A DNA stretch of 47,148 bases from a virus. Taxonomy: Duplodnaviria; Caudoviricetes. Under the pieces are notes generated by a model. The model ran no database searches and was not told where the DNA came from. It saw only the letters and a list, made by a program, of their open reading frames with translations. Shown piece by piece: positions 10,269-20,235 of this stretch. The stretch covers positions 1-47,148 of IMG/VR virus record IMGVR_UViG_3300037310_000121; one strand, 5' to 3'. The stretch's first letter is position 1. The number at the start of each line of letters is the position of its first letter. Both the position numbers and the translations under genes were made by a program.

Positions 10269-12335
10269 TTACTCCGTCCCCGTCTGGGTTGTGAGGGGCT
10301 CCGTGGCCGAGAAGAACCTGTCCAAAGTCGGGCCTAAAGCATCCTTCAGTTGCGCAATCCGCTCTGTGTTCCCGAGGGCAATGAGATTCTCGAGATGACG
10401 TGCGTAGCGCTTCAGATCCTCGACGGCCCCGCCTTCTGCCTTCTTCACGAGGACCAACGGGGGAGCTGGATTCTCTGCGGGCGTTCGAGCCTGCTGCTCT
10501 TTGAGCGCGTCACGGAAACGTTGCACGGCAGCGAGCTGAGCTCTCCGGTCGACATCGGTCTCCGACCTGCCACCTTCGATCACACGCCGTACCCAGAACC
10601 CTCTCGGCGGCCGCATTCCACCCTTCGCTTTGCGGACTGGTGGGGTGTCGTCTGGCCGACGCATGTTCGCGAGGGAATTGAGCCAACGGGTGTACGACTC
10701 CAGCTCAGCATCCGACATGTTCTTGTAGTCGGGCGTGCGTTTCTCCAGCATGGCGACCATGCGGCGAAGATCTCGAAGGGGGAGGTTAGCCGCCTTGGGC
10801 CTGATACTCCCCCCCTTTGAGTGGTCATACTTTGCCGCGCGCGGTAGGTAGTCGACGGGATCTTTGGCGTTCGCCGAGAACTTCCCCTTCACAAGCTGCT
10901 GGCCCTTATGCCGGCGGACGTTCTCGCGGAGTCGATCGAGGCGACGTGCGCCTTCTTCAGGGGATCCGTCCCCGAGCAGCGCGACAGTCTCCGCGTCCAT
11001 CACGTACTCGTCGTTGCTGAGCTTCGCATCGATGTCGTCAGAACGGCCGGAGCCCGGCCCCTTGATGTAATGTCCACCGGCGCGCATCGTAGTTGCTCCC
11101 ATGATTGGCTCGTTCAATCGAACGTTTGGGCCGCCTCCTGGAGCCGGAAGAGCTGGGAGCGTGGACGGCGAGCTCTCAGGAGCGAAGAAGTTGTGCTCAC
11201 CGCCCCGCTGCCCATAGGTGTAATAGTCCTCGACGTCGGGCAGCCCCGTGACTCTGCGATTGAGCGGGGAGAACGACAACGGCTTATCGAAGCCTGCATT
11301 CGCCACTGTGACCAACGGCCCTCTCTCTGCCCCTTTCGGACGGTAGAGCCCTTGAGCTAGGGCGAGACCTCCCAAGGCTGTTCCCAACGCGCCGCTCGTA
11401 TTGACCCCCATCGTGTTGAGGAGCTGACCAATCGGACCACTGCTCCCCGCTTGGTTGAGAACTCCGCCCAATCTGGACAGGAAGCCCCCACTCGGGCCAC
11501 TGGCCCCCCCAAGCGTAGCCTGAGGCCCCATACCTTCCGAGATCAGCGCGCCTAGATCGGCGCCGCTCGCAGGGACGGTTGTGCTCAGCACGCCACTACC
11601 CCCCCCACCGGTGTATGCCCCGACGCCGCCAAGGCCCGCTGCACCTGCGCCGGCTCCACCAAGTGTAGGCATCGCCGCTAACGGAGTCGTCGCGGTCGTC
11701 GCCCCGAATCCGGCCCCAGTGACCGCAGGCACGCCCCCCGGCAGGGCTGTCGCAGTCGTCGTGATCGGTGAGAGTTCTCCGGCTGCTCCGGCCGATCCCC
11801 CCCCTGGACCGAGACCACCCAACGCAGCAGCGCCACCGACGAGTGCTGCTACTTGTGCGGCACCACGCCAGAGGTCATCGCGAAAATCACCGCGGAGTTC
11901 TCGGATCCGCTCATCTCCAAATGCGATGCCACTGTTTCCTTGTCGCCCATACCCAAGCGTCGGAATACCTTGAACAGCAAGGTAGGCGCTGGCTAGAGGG
12001 CTACTGGGGTCAAACGGTAGAGGCGTTCCCATGCCGGACCAGACACCCGGAGACCCGAAGGTTGCCTCGACTGGCCCGGAAGCCATCGCGTGGTGCATGG
12101 CTCCGAGCCGTTCCTCTTCGGACATCGGATTCGCGAGTGTGGCACGGATAGCCTCGATCGGAGCGCCGGCACGGTATGAGTTTACGGCTTGCGAGAGAGC
12201 ATACAGCCCACCAGGAGCATCGACATCGAGGCCGATCTGCCGCGCGAATTCCAAATACGGCAGGTCCATCGGCGACACGTAGTCAGTCGGCAAACGTACC
12301 CGGCCGAGCAGTTGAGCAATCTCATCCTCCAACAT
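10269..12335 (-). CDS. Gly-rich ejection protein with a tape-measure-like GPGSGRSD-LS-EYV motif
   Basis: ATG 12335 after GGGGGAG; hydrophobic Gly/Ala segments; MRAGG..GPGSGRSDDIDAKLSNDEYV. Confidence 0.65.
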   Translation of the reverse strand: MLEDEIAQLLGRVRLPTDYVSPMDLPYLEFARQIGLDVDAPGGLYALSQAVNSYRAGAPIEAIRATLANPMSEEERLGAMHHAMASGPVEATFGSPGVWSGMGTPLPFDPSSPLASAYLAVQGIPTLGYGRQGNSGIAFGDERIRELRGDFRDDLWRGAAQVAALVGGAAALGGLGPGGGSAGAAGELSPITTTATALPGGVPAVTGAGFGATTATTPLAAMPTLGGAGAGAAGLGGVGAYTGGGGSGVLSTTVPASGADLGALISEGMGPQATLGGASGPSGGFLSRLGGVLNQAGSSGPIGQLLNTMGVNTSGALGTALGGLALAQGLYRPKGAERGPLVTVANAGFDKPLSFSPLNRRVTGLPDVEDYYTYGQRGGEHNFFAPESSPSTLPALPAPGGGPNVRLNEPIMGATTMRAGGHYIKGPGSGRSDDIDAKLSNDEYVMDAETVALLGDGSPEEGARRLDRLRENVRRHKGQQLVKGKFSANAKDPVDYLPRAAKYDHSKGGSIRPKAANLPLRDLRRMVAMLEKRTPDYKNMSDAELESYTRWLNSLANMRRPDDTPPVRKAKGGMRPPRGFWVRRVIEGGRSETDVDRRAQLAAVQRFRDALKEQQARTPAENPAPPLVLVKKAEGGAVEDLKRYARHLENLIALGNTERIAQLKDALGPTLDRFFSATEPLTTQTGTE

Positions 12336-12337
12336 TT

Positions 12338-12565
12338 TCAAGCTCCCCCCATCACGAGGTTGAATCTTTCGGCCCAGTGTTGCCAGTTGGGATAGCTGTA
12401 GGGATTGGGCACTTGCGGATGGACTCGCCGAGCAGCGGAACCCCACTCGCGCCAATCCTCGGCCGACTGCAACTTCATGGGCGGTATGAGGTCCGCGAAG
12501 AGCTGCGTCGTGCGGTCGAACCACTCCATTGTATCCATACCTCGTGGGTTTATCACAGCTCTCAT
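12338..12565 (-). CDS. small Trp-rich structural-operon protein
   Basis: PRGMDTMEW...WREWG...PNPYSYPNWQHWAERF; overlaps the upstream stop. Confidence 0.7.
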   Translation of the reverse strand: MRAVINPRGMDTMEWFDRTTQLFADLIPPMKLQSAEDWREWGSAARRVHPQVPNPYSYPNWQHWAERFNLVMGGA

Positions 12566-14082
12566 GCCTGCTGCGTCACCCTGCTGTCCGTCTTCTCGAC
12601 GTGCCCCACGACCTCACCCATCTGATAGTCGCCGTCCAACGCGTTGCTCGAAAATTTGAAGCTCATCAGACGCCGATTCGCTTTCAACCTAACGACTTCC
12701 GTGTCAGCCGACGTAGCGGAGTCAGGGAACGTGACGGAGGTTTCATCGTAGACCGGAGCTCGAGAATTCGCCCGACCCCTAACGGTGAGTGTGAGATCCT
12801 CTGCTTGTACGAAGTCAGGCTCCACCAACTCGACTCGGAGGGCCTTGTTCTCGGGAGACTCTTCAGCGCCGACGAGAGAAATCTCGTGCGTCTCGAAGTG
12901 TGACGGGATCGGGTCGGCAGCCCCAAGACGGACCTTGTTTACCCCGGTCTCGTGCTGCCAGAGGTCGTACGACCCACCGGTAAGATCGACGCCCGTCATC
13001 ACCGGCTTGAAGGACACTTTCGCGTAGAGCCCGTCCGAGCGACCTGAGTCGGGGAGTTGAGTGTCGTACCACGATCCCTCTCGGACATTCAACACGATGG
13101 CATGCGTGCACTCCGTAGCGGTCCCTCTGGGGTAGCACCACCAAATTTCGCCGAAGCGCGGAACTTTGTACGCGAACACCTTCTGGCGCTGCTCAAAGTT
13201 CAAGTTGTCGAAGAAGTAGTTTTGATTCATGTCGTTCGGTATTTCGCGCACGACGCCGTTGTACGACAAGAACCGATCGACTCCCGGCCAGAAGAACTGC
13301 CCGTCGTACTCGATCACACCACGACTGGAAAGAATCGAGGTCTCGTCCGTGATCGTATCGAAATCCCAATCGACAATTCCCCCTGAGACTCCTGCGAACG
13401 TCATCTGGAGCATCGAATCTAGAGACCACAACAACGCCGAGGGGACTCCACCACCCCGAATGCGCCTCCCGGCGACAATCTTCTGTTGCGTGACTGGCGA
13501 ACTCCCGTTGATAACGGACACGTTGTTTTCGTTCGACCATTGCACGATGCCACCGTTGCCGAACGACACGAGGTAGTTGCCGACGACAATGACTCCTCCG
13601 CTCATCGGAGTCTGCGGAGTCGCCGTCAAGATCGCGCTGGTCGTGATTCGCCCTGAGTAGATGGTCGTCGTCGTCTGACTCGAAATGTCCATGTTTGGGG
13701 CTGCATGGGCGACGAGAACCGTATCGTTGTCGGGCGTGTTGAAGATCGCATCGAACTGCCAAATGTTGTTCGCGCTCGCGGCAAGAGCTGCCGGAGTTCG
13801 ATCTGCCGACGACGTGAGGCTCCCCATGCTGTTGAACACGCGCTGCAAGAGCAAGTTGGCGCTGCCAAGATGTACGTATTGCTGCGCGTTCGCCGAGAAC
13901 GAATGGATGCCGTAGACGACCTCAGCCAAGTTCTGCGCGACCGACTGATAGCCCAACATCTTTCTCGGCCTGCCGCGCTGAAACCGGCACCACTGGGCGT
14001 CGTTGTAGTGTGTGCTCTCGAAACGAGTCCCATCCCGTTTGATCCCAGGCTGCGACTCAATCCTGAGGATGTTAGATGGCAT
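12562..14082 (-). CDS. tail nozzle / packaged-DNA stabilisation protein (P22 gp10/T7 gp12-like)
   Basis: PGIKRDGT...WCRFQRGRPRKM N-terminus; beta-propeller-like; FGEIWWCYP motif. Confidence 0.75.
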   Translation of the reverse strand: MPSNILRIESQPGIKRDGTRFESTHYNDAQWCRFQRGRPRKMLGYQSVAQNLAEVVYGIHSFSANAQQYVHLGSANLLLQRVFNSMGSLTSSADRTPAALAASANNIWQFDAIFNTPDNDTVLVAHAAPNMDISSQTTTTIYSGRITTSAILTATPQTPMSGGVIVVGNYLVSFGNGGIVQWSNENNVSVINGSSPVTQQKIVAGRRIRGGGVPSALLWSLDSMLQMTFAGVSGGIVDWDFDTITDETSILSSRGVIEYDGQFFWPGVDRFLSYNGVVREIPNDMNQNYFFDNLNFEQRQKVFAYKVPRFGEIWWCYPRGTATECTHAIVLNVREGSWYDTQLPDSGRSDGLYAKVSFKPVMTGVDLTGGSYDLWQHETGVNKVRLGAADPIPSHFETHEISLVGAEESPENKALRVELVEPDFVQAEDLTLTVRGRANSRAPVYDETSVTFPDSATSADTEVVRLKANRRLMSFKFSSNALDGDYQMGEVVGHVEKTDSRVTQQA

Positions 14083-16229
14083 CAGGCGAGCCTGGTCGCA
14101 TGAAAGTAGAAGTTGTCATCTACAGCGCCAGCACCAACGTCGTTGATGAGAACCTCGAAGTAGTTGACGTTCTCGTTCGTGATGAGCGAGTAGCGATCAT
14201 CACCCCCGCCAGCGCTGAGAGTCACATTGGAGACAACAGCGAGATACTTTGCGTTGGACAGGCCAAGACTGTGTGTGACCCGGAATCGACCCGTCGCCTG
14301 CTGCGCAACCGTCCAGCTCGATGCTGTGGTATTCGGAGTGATGGCAACAGACGCCCCAGCGCTACCTGTGCAATACCCCGCGTACAAGACGCCTTGTCCT
14401 GAAGTGACCAGGGAGTCCGTGAACAACACCCAGACGTTGGTCTCCACCTTCCAAAGCATGCCGTTGTAGCCGGCAGGGAGAACGAACGAGCTGGGGTTCG
14501 TGATCGTTTGGCCCTGAGCGTAGAGAGTCACGCCGCTAAGCGGAGTGATGGTCATGTTGCTGGCAGCGTCACCGTTAGAGAGCGGTATCACAGTCCCCAA
14601 CGGGAACGCGACGCTCGCGTTGGTGGGGATCTCCACCGTGGTCGTACCGGAGCTCTCGTACTGGATGACCCCCGCGTCATCCGCATCCAGCGTGTAGCTG
14701 GCCGATAACGGAGTCTGCAAACCGTACTGATTGGCCAACCAGGCGGGGTTGTTGCTGGTCCCTTGATTCCCCAAATATCGGACGTTGGTCGCGTCCTTGG
14801 AGAGCCTCGACCACACGTTGGCGGCCGATCCGTAGAGGAGGTCTCCTTGTGAGACGGCCGACTGACCTGTACCGCCATTTGCCTCATCGAGCACGCCAGT
14901 CACGGCATTCCCTGAAGCCAAATCGACCGTTCCGAAGCCGACTGTAGAACCAGATCGGCGCAGAACTTGGCCGTCCGACGCCGAGGCGATCGACGCCACA
15001 TCGGCCGGCGCGTTTCCTGCCACCCCGAGCACGGAAAGTGCAGACCCTTGGGTGAGATTCGCGAAAGGCAAGCGATTCGTTACGCCGTTCGACAGATCGA
15101 CCTGAGACCACGAGGGGACACCGCCGACGTTGCTGAAGTAGCGAGTCGCAGTCGTCGGCATCGTATTCAAACTCGTGCCGCCGAGAGCGATGGGAGCCAC
15201 TCCAGTTGTCGGGGCTCCTTGCGCTGCAACGACGTTGCTGCCATCGCAGTAGAGAATCATCCCTGACCCTTGCGGTACGACGACTCCCGTGCCCGCGTTC
15301 GTCTTCACTGTGAGCGTGAAAGCCCCAGACGTGTTGTTGAAAACCCAGTATTGCTGGAGTTCGGTAGGAACCTCGATCGTTCGATTGCCCGTCAAGACAC
15401 CCGTGAACTCGTACGAGATTCGGTCGAGTTGAGTGCCTGAGAGGACCAACGTCCCGCTGCCGGCGACGCTGATCGAAACGTGATCGAAGAATGACGACGC
15501 CAACTGACCGTACCCTACGGTGTAGAAGTTGGTGCCGTCCGTGATGAAAATTGCCGAGTCCTCTGGTCGGAAGCTCTTGGTCGAGGCCCCATCGACCAGT
15601 CCGGCCGACGCAGCAACCGTCAACGTCCCTGTGCCAGCGTTGCGGATGTAGATAAACCAATCCGTACCGACCGTCGCGGGGCTAGGCAGATTGAAGGTGC
15701 CCACCCCACCGTTCCAGATTTTCGCTGTGGCACGGTCTGCGTCGACCAAAGTCGTGGGAGTCGTACTCGTGAGTGACGGCAGGACCTTGACGTTGAGCGT
15801 GGTAGTGATCGCTTTCAGCCCTGCACCGGCTAGTGCGGCGGCGGTGGCTGAAGATGCCCCCGTACCGAACTGGAACGTTTTCCAGACTCCGGCCTGAGTC
15901 GAGTTGCTGTTAAGGTAGAACTGCCAAACCTGTCCCGACGCAACGCTGCCAATCGTGGCGCCGGTGTTATCTTGGATCGTGAGAGTGTTCGCCCCAAGAT
16001 TGTTGATGAGCGTCGCTTGACCTTGCGTCGTAAGTCTGGCGTCCGGCATCGTCAACGAAAGGCCCGCATTCGGCGTGACTTCGATGATGTCGGCGAAGAC
16101 GTTCGACCCTGGGAGCGCTTGCTCAGTCGGCCACACGAGCGTGACGTTCGCTGTCATCGTGAGCTGAAGCAACGTCAGTTGTGCGGGGAAGATGTTCTGC
16201 CCGCCGAATACGTCAGTGTAGCCTGGCAT
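14082..16229 (-). CDS. tail fibre/structural protein
   Basis: 715 aa, beta-rich, Thr/Gly/Ser-rich; FTGVLTGNRTI..P...YWVFNNTSGAFTLTVK; ANGGTG fibre motif. Confidence 0.7.
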   Translation of the reverse strand: MPGYTDVFGGQNIFPAQLTLLQLTMTANVTLVWPTEQALPGSNVFADIIEVTPNAGLSLTMPDARLTTQGQATLINNLGANTLTIQDNTGATIGSVASGQVWQFYLNSNSTQAGVWKTFQFGTGASSATAAALAGAGLKAITTTLNVKVLPSLTSTTPTTLVDADRATAKIWNGGVGTFNLPSPATVGTDWFIYIRNAGTGTLTVAASAGLVDGASTKSFRPEDSAIFITDGTNFYTVGYGQLASSFFDHVSISVAGSGTLVLSGTQLDRISYEFTGVLTGNRTIEVPTELQQYWVFNNTSGAFTLTVKTNAGTGVVVPQGSGMILYCDGSNVVAAQGAPTTGVAPIALGGTSLNTMPTTATRYFSNVGGVPSWSQVDLSNGVTNRLPFANLTQGSALSVLGVAGNAPADVASIASASDGQVLRRSGSTVGFGTVDLASGNAVTGVLDEANGGTGQSAVSQGDLLYGSAANVWSRLSKDATNVRYLGNQGTSNNPAWLANQYGLQTPLSASYTLDADDAGVIQYESSGTTTVEIPTNASVAFPLGTVIPLSNGDAASNMTITPLSGVTLYAQGQTITNPSSFVLPAGYNGMLWKVETNVWVLFTDSLVTSGQGVLYAGYCTGSAGASVAITPNTTASSWTVAQQATGRFRVTHSLGLSNAKYLAVVSNVTLSAGGGDDRYSLITNENVNYFEVLINDVGAGAVDDNFYFHATRLA

Positions 16230-16231
16230 CC

Positions 16232-16882
16232 TTAAGTCTCCTTACGCTTGTCGGAGCTGTCGATTTGACCCTGCAAGTCTTGTGCGCCGAGTGACTTGAG
16301 CTGATCCGCGTAGAGCGATCCCCACGTCGGAATCCGTTCGTCATTCTTCAGGTACGAAGTGCACTGTAGCAACGCTCCATACAACAACGCTTGCGGGGCG
16401 TAGTCCGTCCAAAAGTTCTGTTGGTTCGCCGAGTCGAGCAATGGCAATAGCTGCCAGTACGACACTTCGAACGGATACGCGGAGTTCGGAGTCGGAACGA
16501 TCAACCAGTTTTGATAGCTGTAGTCAGCGTAGAACTGTGGGACCCCTTGAGTTTCCGAATTTGGCCAGTAGAACCGGCAATACTCGTACGATCGTGGGTA
16601 CATCGGGGTCCGCTGTTGATTCGGCGACGTCCCAACACCGAAGTTGAACGAAGTTGTCTCCCGCCAGCGGTCGGGTTTGGCGTAGACCGACGTGCCTGCG
16701 ACCATGGTAGAGGTCACAACGTTCTTGTTCCCGAGGATCTTGAGCTTGGTCGCGAGATCCCTCTCAGCCAGGTTGATGAGGCTCGGGAGTTGGTTGTAGA
16801 CCTGAACGTCGCTAACCGTCCCGCGCTCGAGATACGTGCGCAGGTCTGAGAGCAGCGACGTGTACGTCATGGACGTCGGCAC
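16232..16882 (-). CDS. head-tail adaptor (tail tubular protein A-like)
   Basis: MTYTSLLSDLRTYLER...INLAERDL...P.FYA...PTP...LLYGAL motif set. Confidence 0.75.
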   Translation of the reverse strand: MPTSMTYTSLLSDLRTYLERGTVSDVQVYNQLPSLINLAERDLATKLKILGNKNVVTSTMVAGTSVYAKPDRWRETTSFNFGVGTSPNQQRTPMYPRSYEYCRFYWPNSETQGVPQFYADYSYQNWLIVPTPNSAYPFEVSYWQLLPLLDSANQQNFWTDYAPQALLYGALLQCTSYLKNDERIPTWGSLYADQLKSLGAQDLQGQIDSSDKRKET

Positions 16883-17232
16883 TATTGGTTCTCCCTAAGA
16901 GATTTGAGAACGGCTTCCGCGGTCACGAGGTCCGCGTCGGCGTTGTCCAAGTCCCGTTGATCTTGGAGTGTCCAGCACCCTGGTCTACCAGCACACTCCG
17001 TGAGCTTGAAGTTGAGAGCGCTGATGGTCGACCGAAGTTGAGTGATGGACCTCATGGTACTCAGCTCCAACGCGCTATTAACAGGACCGAGCTGCTTCTT
17101 GATCTTCTCTTCCAACTGCTCAGCGACAATTGGTGAAGCAAAGACCCACACAGCGGCGAGCGATCCGACCATGGACACCAAAGTTGATGCGGAGATCATA
17201 ACTCCCTGCTCCTTTGTCACTCTGATTCCCAC
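16882..17232 (-). CDS. membrane-anchored coiled-coil protein
   Basis: N-terminal hydrophobic helix followed by a helical domain with a Cys pair. Confidence 0.55.
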   Translation of the reverse strand: MGIRVTKEQGVMISASTLVSMVGSLAAVWVFASPIVAEQLEEKIKKQLGPVNSALELSTMRSITQLRSTISALNFKLTECAGRPGCWTLQDQRDLDNADADLVTAEAVLKSLRENQ

Positions 17233-17258
17233 ACACCTCTCCTCAAGTTTCCACTCAC

Positions 17259-19097
17259 CTATTCATCCCAGCCTAGATACCCCGCAGGTGGGGAGTAGAG
17301 AAAGGTTAACCCACCCGTGTTTAGGAGCGTCTTGATACTGGATGTGCCAGTGGAGAACGCTGCTACCCAATCCGTATTCCCTAGCTGAGTGAGGGACACA
17401 CCCCCAGTCCCACTAGTAGGGTCTTGTCCTGCGACCCAAACTCCGTTCATCCCGACGTATAGAAGCTGATTGACGAAGTCCACTGCGATCATGACCGTGT
17501 CCCCACCACCCATCGTGGATGAGGCTCGACCATCGACAGTCGTCCACCACGCTGTAGTTCCGTAGGGAGCTCCAACAGAAGACCCAAAGGCTAGCACAAC
17601 GCCGTCTGATCGGACCCCTACCCCCGAAGTCACCAAGTCTTGGGAATGGGAAGAACCGGTCCTCGTGACCCCGAAGCAGTTAGCGGAACCCCCAGCTCCT
17701 GCTGATGTCGCAGTGAGGAAGGTCGTAACCTCGAAGTATCTCTTTCCAGTTCCACGAGTGACCTGAGATCGGAGTTGATGGTTCGCAGGGTCGGCTTGGT
17801 TCGTCGCGATACCAAGACCTGGCAGCATGTTCTGCATGACCATGACCCCGCTCAGGTCCACCATCGCTGGAGTGGAGTCAGGGGAAGACCCTCTGGTCCA
17901 TCCACCTAGAGCTTCTCCGAAGCCTGTCGGCGGTGTGTACGTCCAGTACTGTTGACTGAATCGGTATTGGAGAGTCTCAGGAGTAGTAAAGAAATCAGCA
18001 GAGTGCCAAGGGCCGAAATACTGATGTATCGTTGAGCCGGGGTTGTTGTTCTGAGTCTGATTGGTGGGGAAGAAGCCTCCCTGTCCGGTGGCAGGGTTCT
18101 GAGTGCCGGACCCTAACCATACTCCATTCTTGCCGAACCAGACCTTATCGAGGGCCGCGTCCCACGCGACGTTCATCACGTCGCCAACCAGAATGCGCCC
18201 ACCAGATATCGACTGGAGAGTGCCGTCCCCGATCTGGATAGCACCATTAGTAGACCCATTGTACCCCTGGTAGTAGGTCAGCGTGGTTGCGGGACCACCG
18301 AGAGTCGTGTCTGTGTTGCCTTCTCCGATCAGATTGACCCCGGCGCCCACTCCGGCGGCAGGATAAACCGTAGAGTTCGGCCTGCCACTGACAGAAGTGC
18401 AGAGGGCCTCCCAGTAGTATTTCCCGGAGGGCTTTGGATAGAAGCCGAGGAGGGGGACATGAGATATGTTCGCTATTGTCGGGACTAACTCAACATCGCA
18501 CCCGGCCGGAGTATTCACAGTGAAGTGAGCAGAACTCCCACGCCAGATGTCGACCAAGAAGACTAGATCCTCCACAAGCAACTCGACGTGGAATGATGGC
18601 TCGTTCGACGTCTGACTGTCGATCCCCAACTCATCCTCATAGACGACGTAGTACGTGTAGGTGTTGGCGACTAGATCCAGCCCCGAATCCAAGTACGAAT
18701 AGGTGTTGGCTCCCAAAGAGGCGACGAGAACGAACCCCGCGCCGTTCACCGATCGGTAGACGCTGAACGACTGCGCGAAATCTGGAACAGTCCAGGAGAG
18801 TGACACGGAGGTCTGAGTGTTGGTCCCAGTCAGAAAGACCGGGAGGCTCCGATTGTCCTCGTCCACATCGTTGGCGTCGAACGTCAGCGAGACATCCGGC
18901 CTGACGAACGGCAACGTGATGTCCTCGGTGACACGGGCAGGAAGTCGATAAGGATCGTAGTCGTCGATGTCGTCTCTGCACACCATGAGGCCCGGCGAGT
19001 TGGGGTCCGGGTAGAGCTCCGCCAGCGGGAACTTCCTGGAGCAGCGGGCACAGAGCCCTATGCCGTACGTTGGTTGCCCGGTGGGGTCTATGAACAT
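17259..19097 (-). CDS. virion protein: Cys-motif N-terminus, FN3 domain and two SPRY/B30.2-like domains
   Basis: CARC...C N-terminus; VSLSWT..YRS..Y.D..L..Y.Y (FN3); GKYYWE...GDVM.VA.D...VWFGKNG and GKRYFE...GDTVMIAVD...YVGMNG (SPRY). Confidence 0.7.
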   Translation of the reverse strand: MFIDPTGQPTYGIGLCARCSRKFPLAELYPDPNSPGLMVCRDDIDDYDPYRLPARVTEDITLPFVRPDVSLTFDANDVDEDNRSLPVFLTGTNTQTSVSLSWTVPDFAQSFSVYRSVNGAGFVLVASLGANTYSYLDSGLDLVANTYTYYVVYEDELGIDSQTSNEPSFHVELLVEDLVFLVDIWRGSSAHFTVNTPAGCDVELVPTIANISHVPLLGFYPKPSGKYYWEALCTSVSGRPNSTVYPAAGVGAGVNLIGEGNTDTTLGGPATTLTYYQGYNGSTNGAIQIGDGTLQSISGGRILVGDVMNVAWDAALDKVWFGKNGVWLGSGTQNPATGQGGFFPTNQTQNNNPGSTIHQYFGPWHSADFFTTPETLQYRFSQQYWTYTPPTGFGEALGGWTRGSSPDSTPAMVDLSGVMVMQNMLPGLGIATNQADPANHQLRSQVTRGTGKRYFEVTTFLTATSAGAGGSANCFGVTRTGSSHSQDLVTSGVGVRSDGVVLAFGSSVGAPYGTTAWWTTVDGRASSTMGGGDTVMIAVDFVNQLLYVGMNGVWVAGQDPTSGTGGVSLTQLGNTDWVAAFSTGTSSIKTLLNTGGLTFLYSPPAGYLGWDE

Positions 19098-19103
19098 CTG
19101 TCA

Positions 19104-20159
19104 TCACCGAGTGTATGGACCGATGTTCGGCATGATGTAGCTCGGAGAGCCATCCGATTGGCCGTCCCAGGCTGCCCGCCACTCACGATCGCCTACGGAG
19201 TCCAACGTCGCCACGAGGCCCGGATCGACTTCTTCGTCGGTGAGGGCGATGTCTCCCTTCAACCGGGCCACGAGCGCGTGATACCAGCTCTGTGGGACTT
19301 CGACCTCTTGGACCATCGTTCCCACGTCCTGGACGTACCGATGCACGTAGCACACGAGTTGGTAGAACGTGAACTCCGAACCAGGAGCAGGCCATACCGT
19401 TACGATCGGTTGAGTCCGTTGCTTGTCGTACCAGAACTGCACGGGGCGACCGGCAAAGAATTTGTTCGGCAGGTCCGAATACTGATCCCGGTTCAACGGC
19501 GCGCACGGAATCTCCGAAGGCGAGTTCCCGAGATACAACTCCGTCACGTCGAGAGTGGTTCCTCCGGCCGCTTGCAGGCGGATGTACGACCAGTTGGCCA
19601 TGCCCTCGACATCCCACCACTGCCATTGACCGTCGACCGCGGCGAACGCAGTGTCGCTCCAGAACGTCGTGAAGGACGTCCCATCGTTTGACCCTTGCAG
19701 AGAAATGCTCCACGTCCCCGTGGCATTTGGCATCAATCCGAAGTTGGAGACCAACGTAGCAGAGTCGAACTGAGCTTGGATGTAACCGTTGGCGGCGGTC
19801 TCCGTACACGCCGTGCTGAGGTCTCCGTCGAACGCATTCGCCGCAGTTCCGCTCGACGAAGAGTACGTCCCGGCCACTCGTTGGAGCTGCCGCAGATTGC
19901 AGTTCAAAAGATCGACGCTGCCTACCGGCAACGAGATTGACGGAGTGTTCGTGTAGATCGGCAGAATCTCCTTCGTGACGGCCCAGAGCGCGACGCCCTT
20001 ATTGGCCATCGAAGAGAGACGCAGGAACAGAAGATCGAGCGCCGTCTGGACGCGCTCAGGACCAAGTTTCTGCGGAGGGATCCGGCAACCGCGATAGGCG
20101 AGCTCGATTACCTTTCGCGTGTTGAAGGTTGTCGTCGAAACCGTTCCACTTGTCGTCAC
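19104..20159 (-). CDS. head-tail adaptor/connector with an inserted discoidin (F5/8-C)-like domain
   Basis: MTTSGT..F...IE.AY; LNRDQYSDLPNK...GRP.QFW.D; insert NAFDGDLST...LQGSNDG..F. Confidence 0.7.
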   Translation of the reverse strand: MTTSGTVSTTTFNTRKVIELAYRGCRIPPQKLGPERVQTALDLLFLRLSSMANKGVALWAVTKEILPIYTNTPSISLPVGSVDLLNCNLRQLQRVAGTYSSSSGTAANAFDGDLSTACTETAANGYIQAQFDSATLVSNFGLMPNATGTWSISLQGSNDGTSFTTFWSDTAFAAVDGQWQWWDVEGMANWSYIRLQAAGGTTLDVTELYLGNSPSEIPCAPLNRDQYSDLPNKFFAGRPVQFWYDKQRTQPIVTVWPAPGSEFTFYQLVCYVHRYVQDVGTMVQEVEVPQSWYHALVARLKGDIALTDEEVDPGLVATLDSVGDREWRAAWDGQSDGSPSYIMPNIGPYTR

Positions 20160-20235
20160 AGCCCATCCTCTGATGAAAGACGGGCCTACTCATTGCAGCC
20201 GGCCACGAATACTTGGAATCGAGATCGAGAACCGT

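Noticed and set aside
12336-12524. N-terminal extensions in the ORF track (also 21397-21618, 25523-25675, 40356-40943, 41750-42151)
   Set aside because: They overlap upstream genes; downstream starts with RBS or stop-start coupling fit better.
16882-17232. Possible holin or spanin call
   Set aside because: No adjacent endolysin or lipobox; left as a membrane protein.
20170-20235. CTGATGA suggesting a hammerhead ribozyme
   Set aside because: No stem II followed by GAAA, and no matching cleavage-site helices found.
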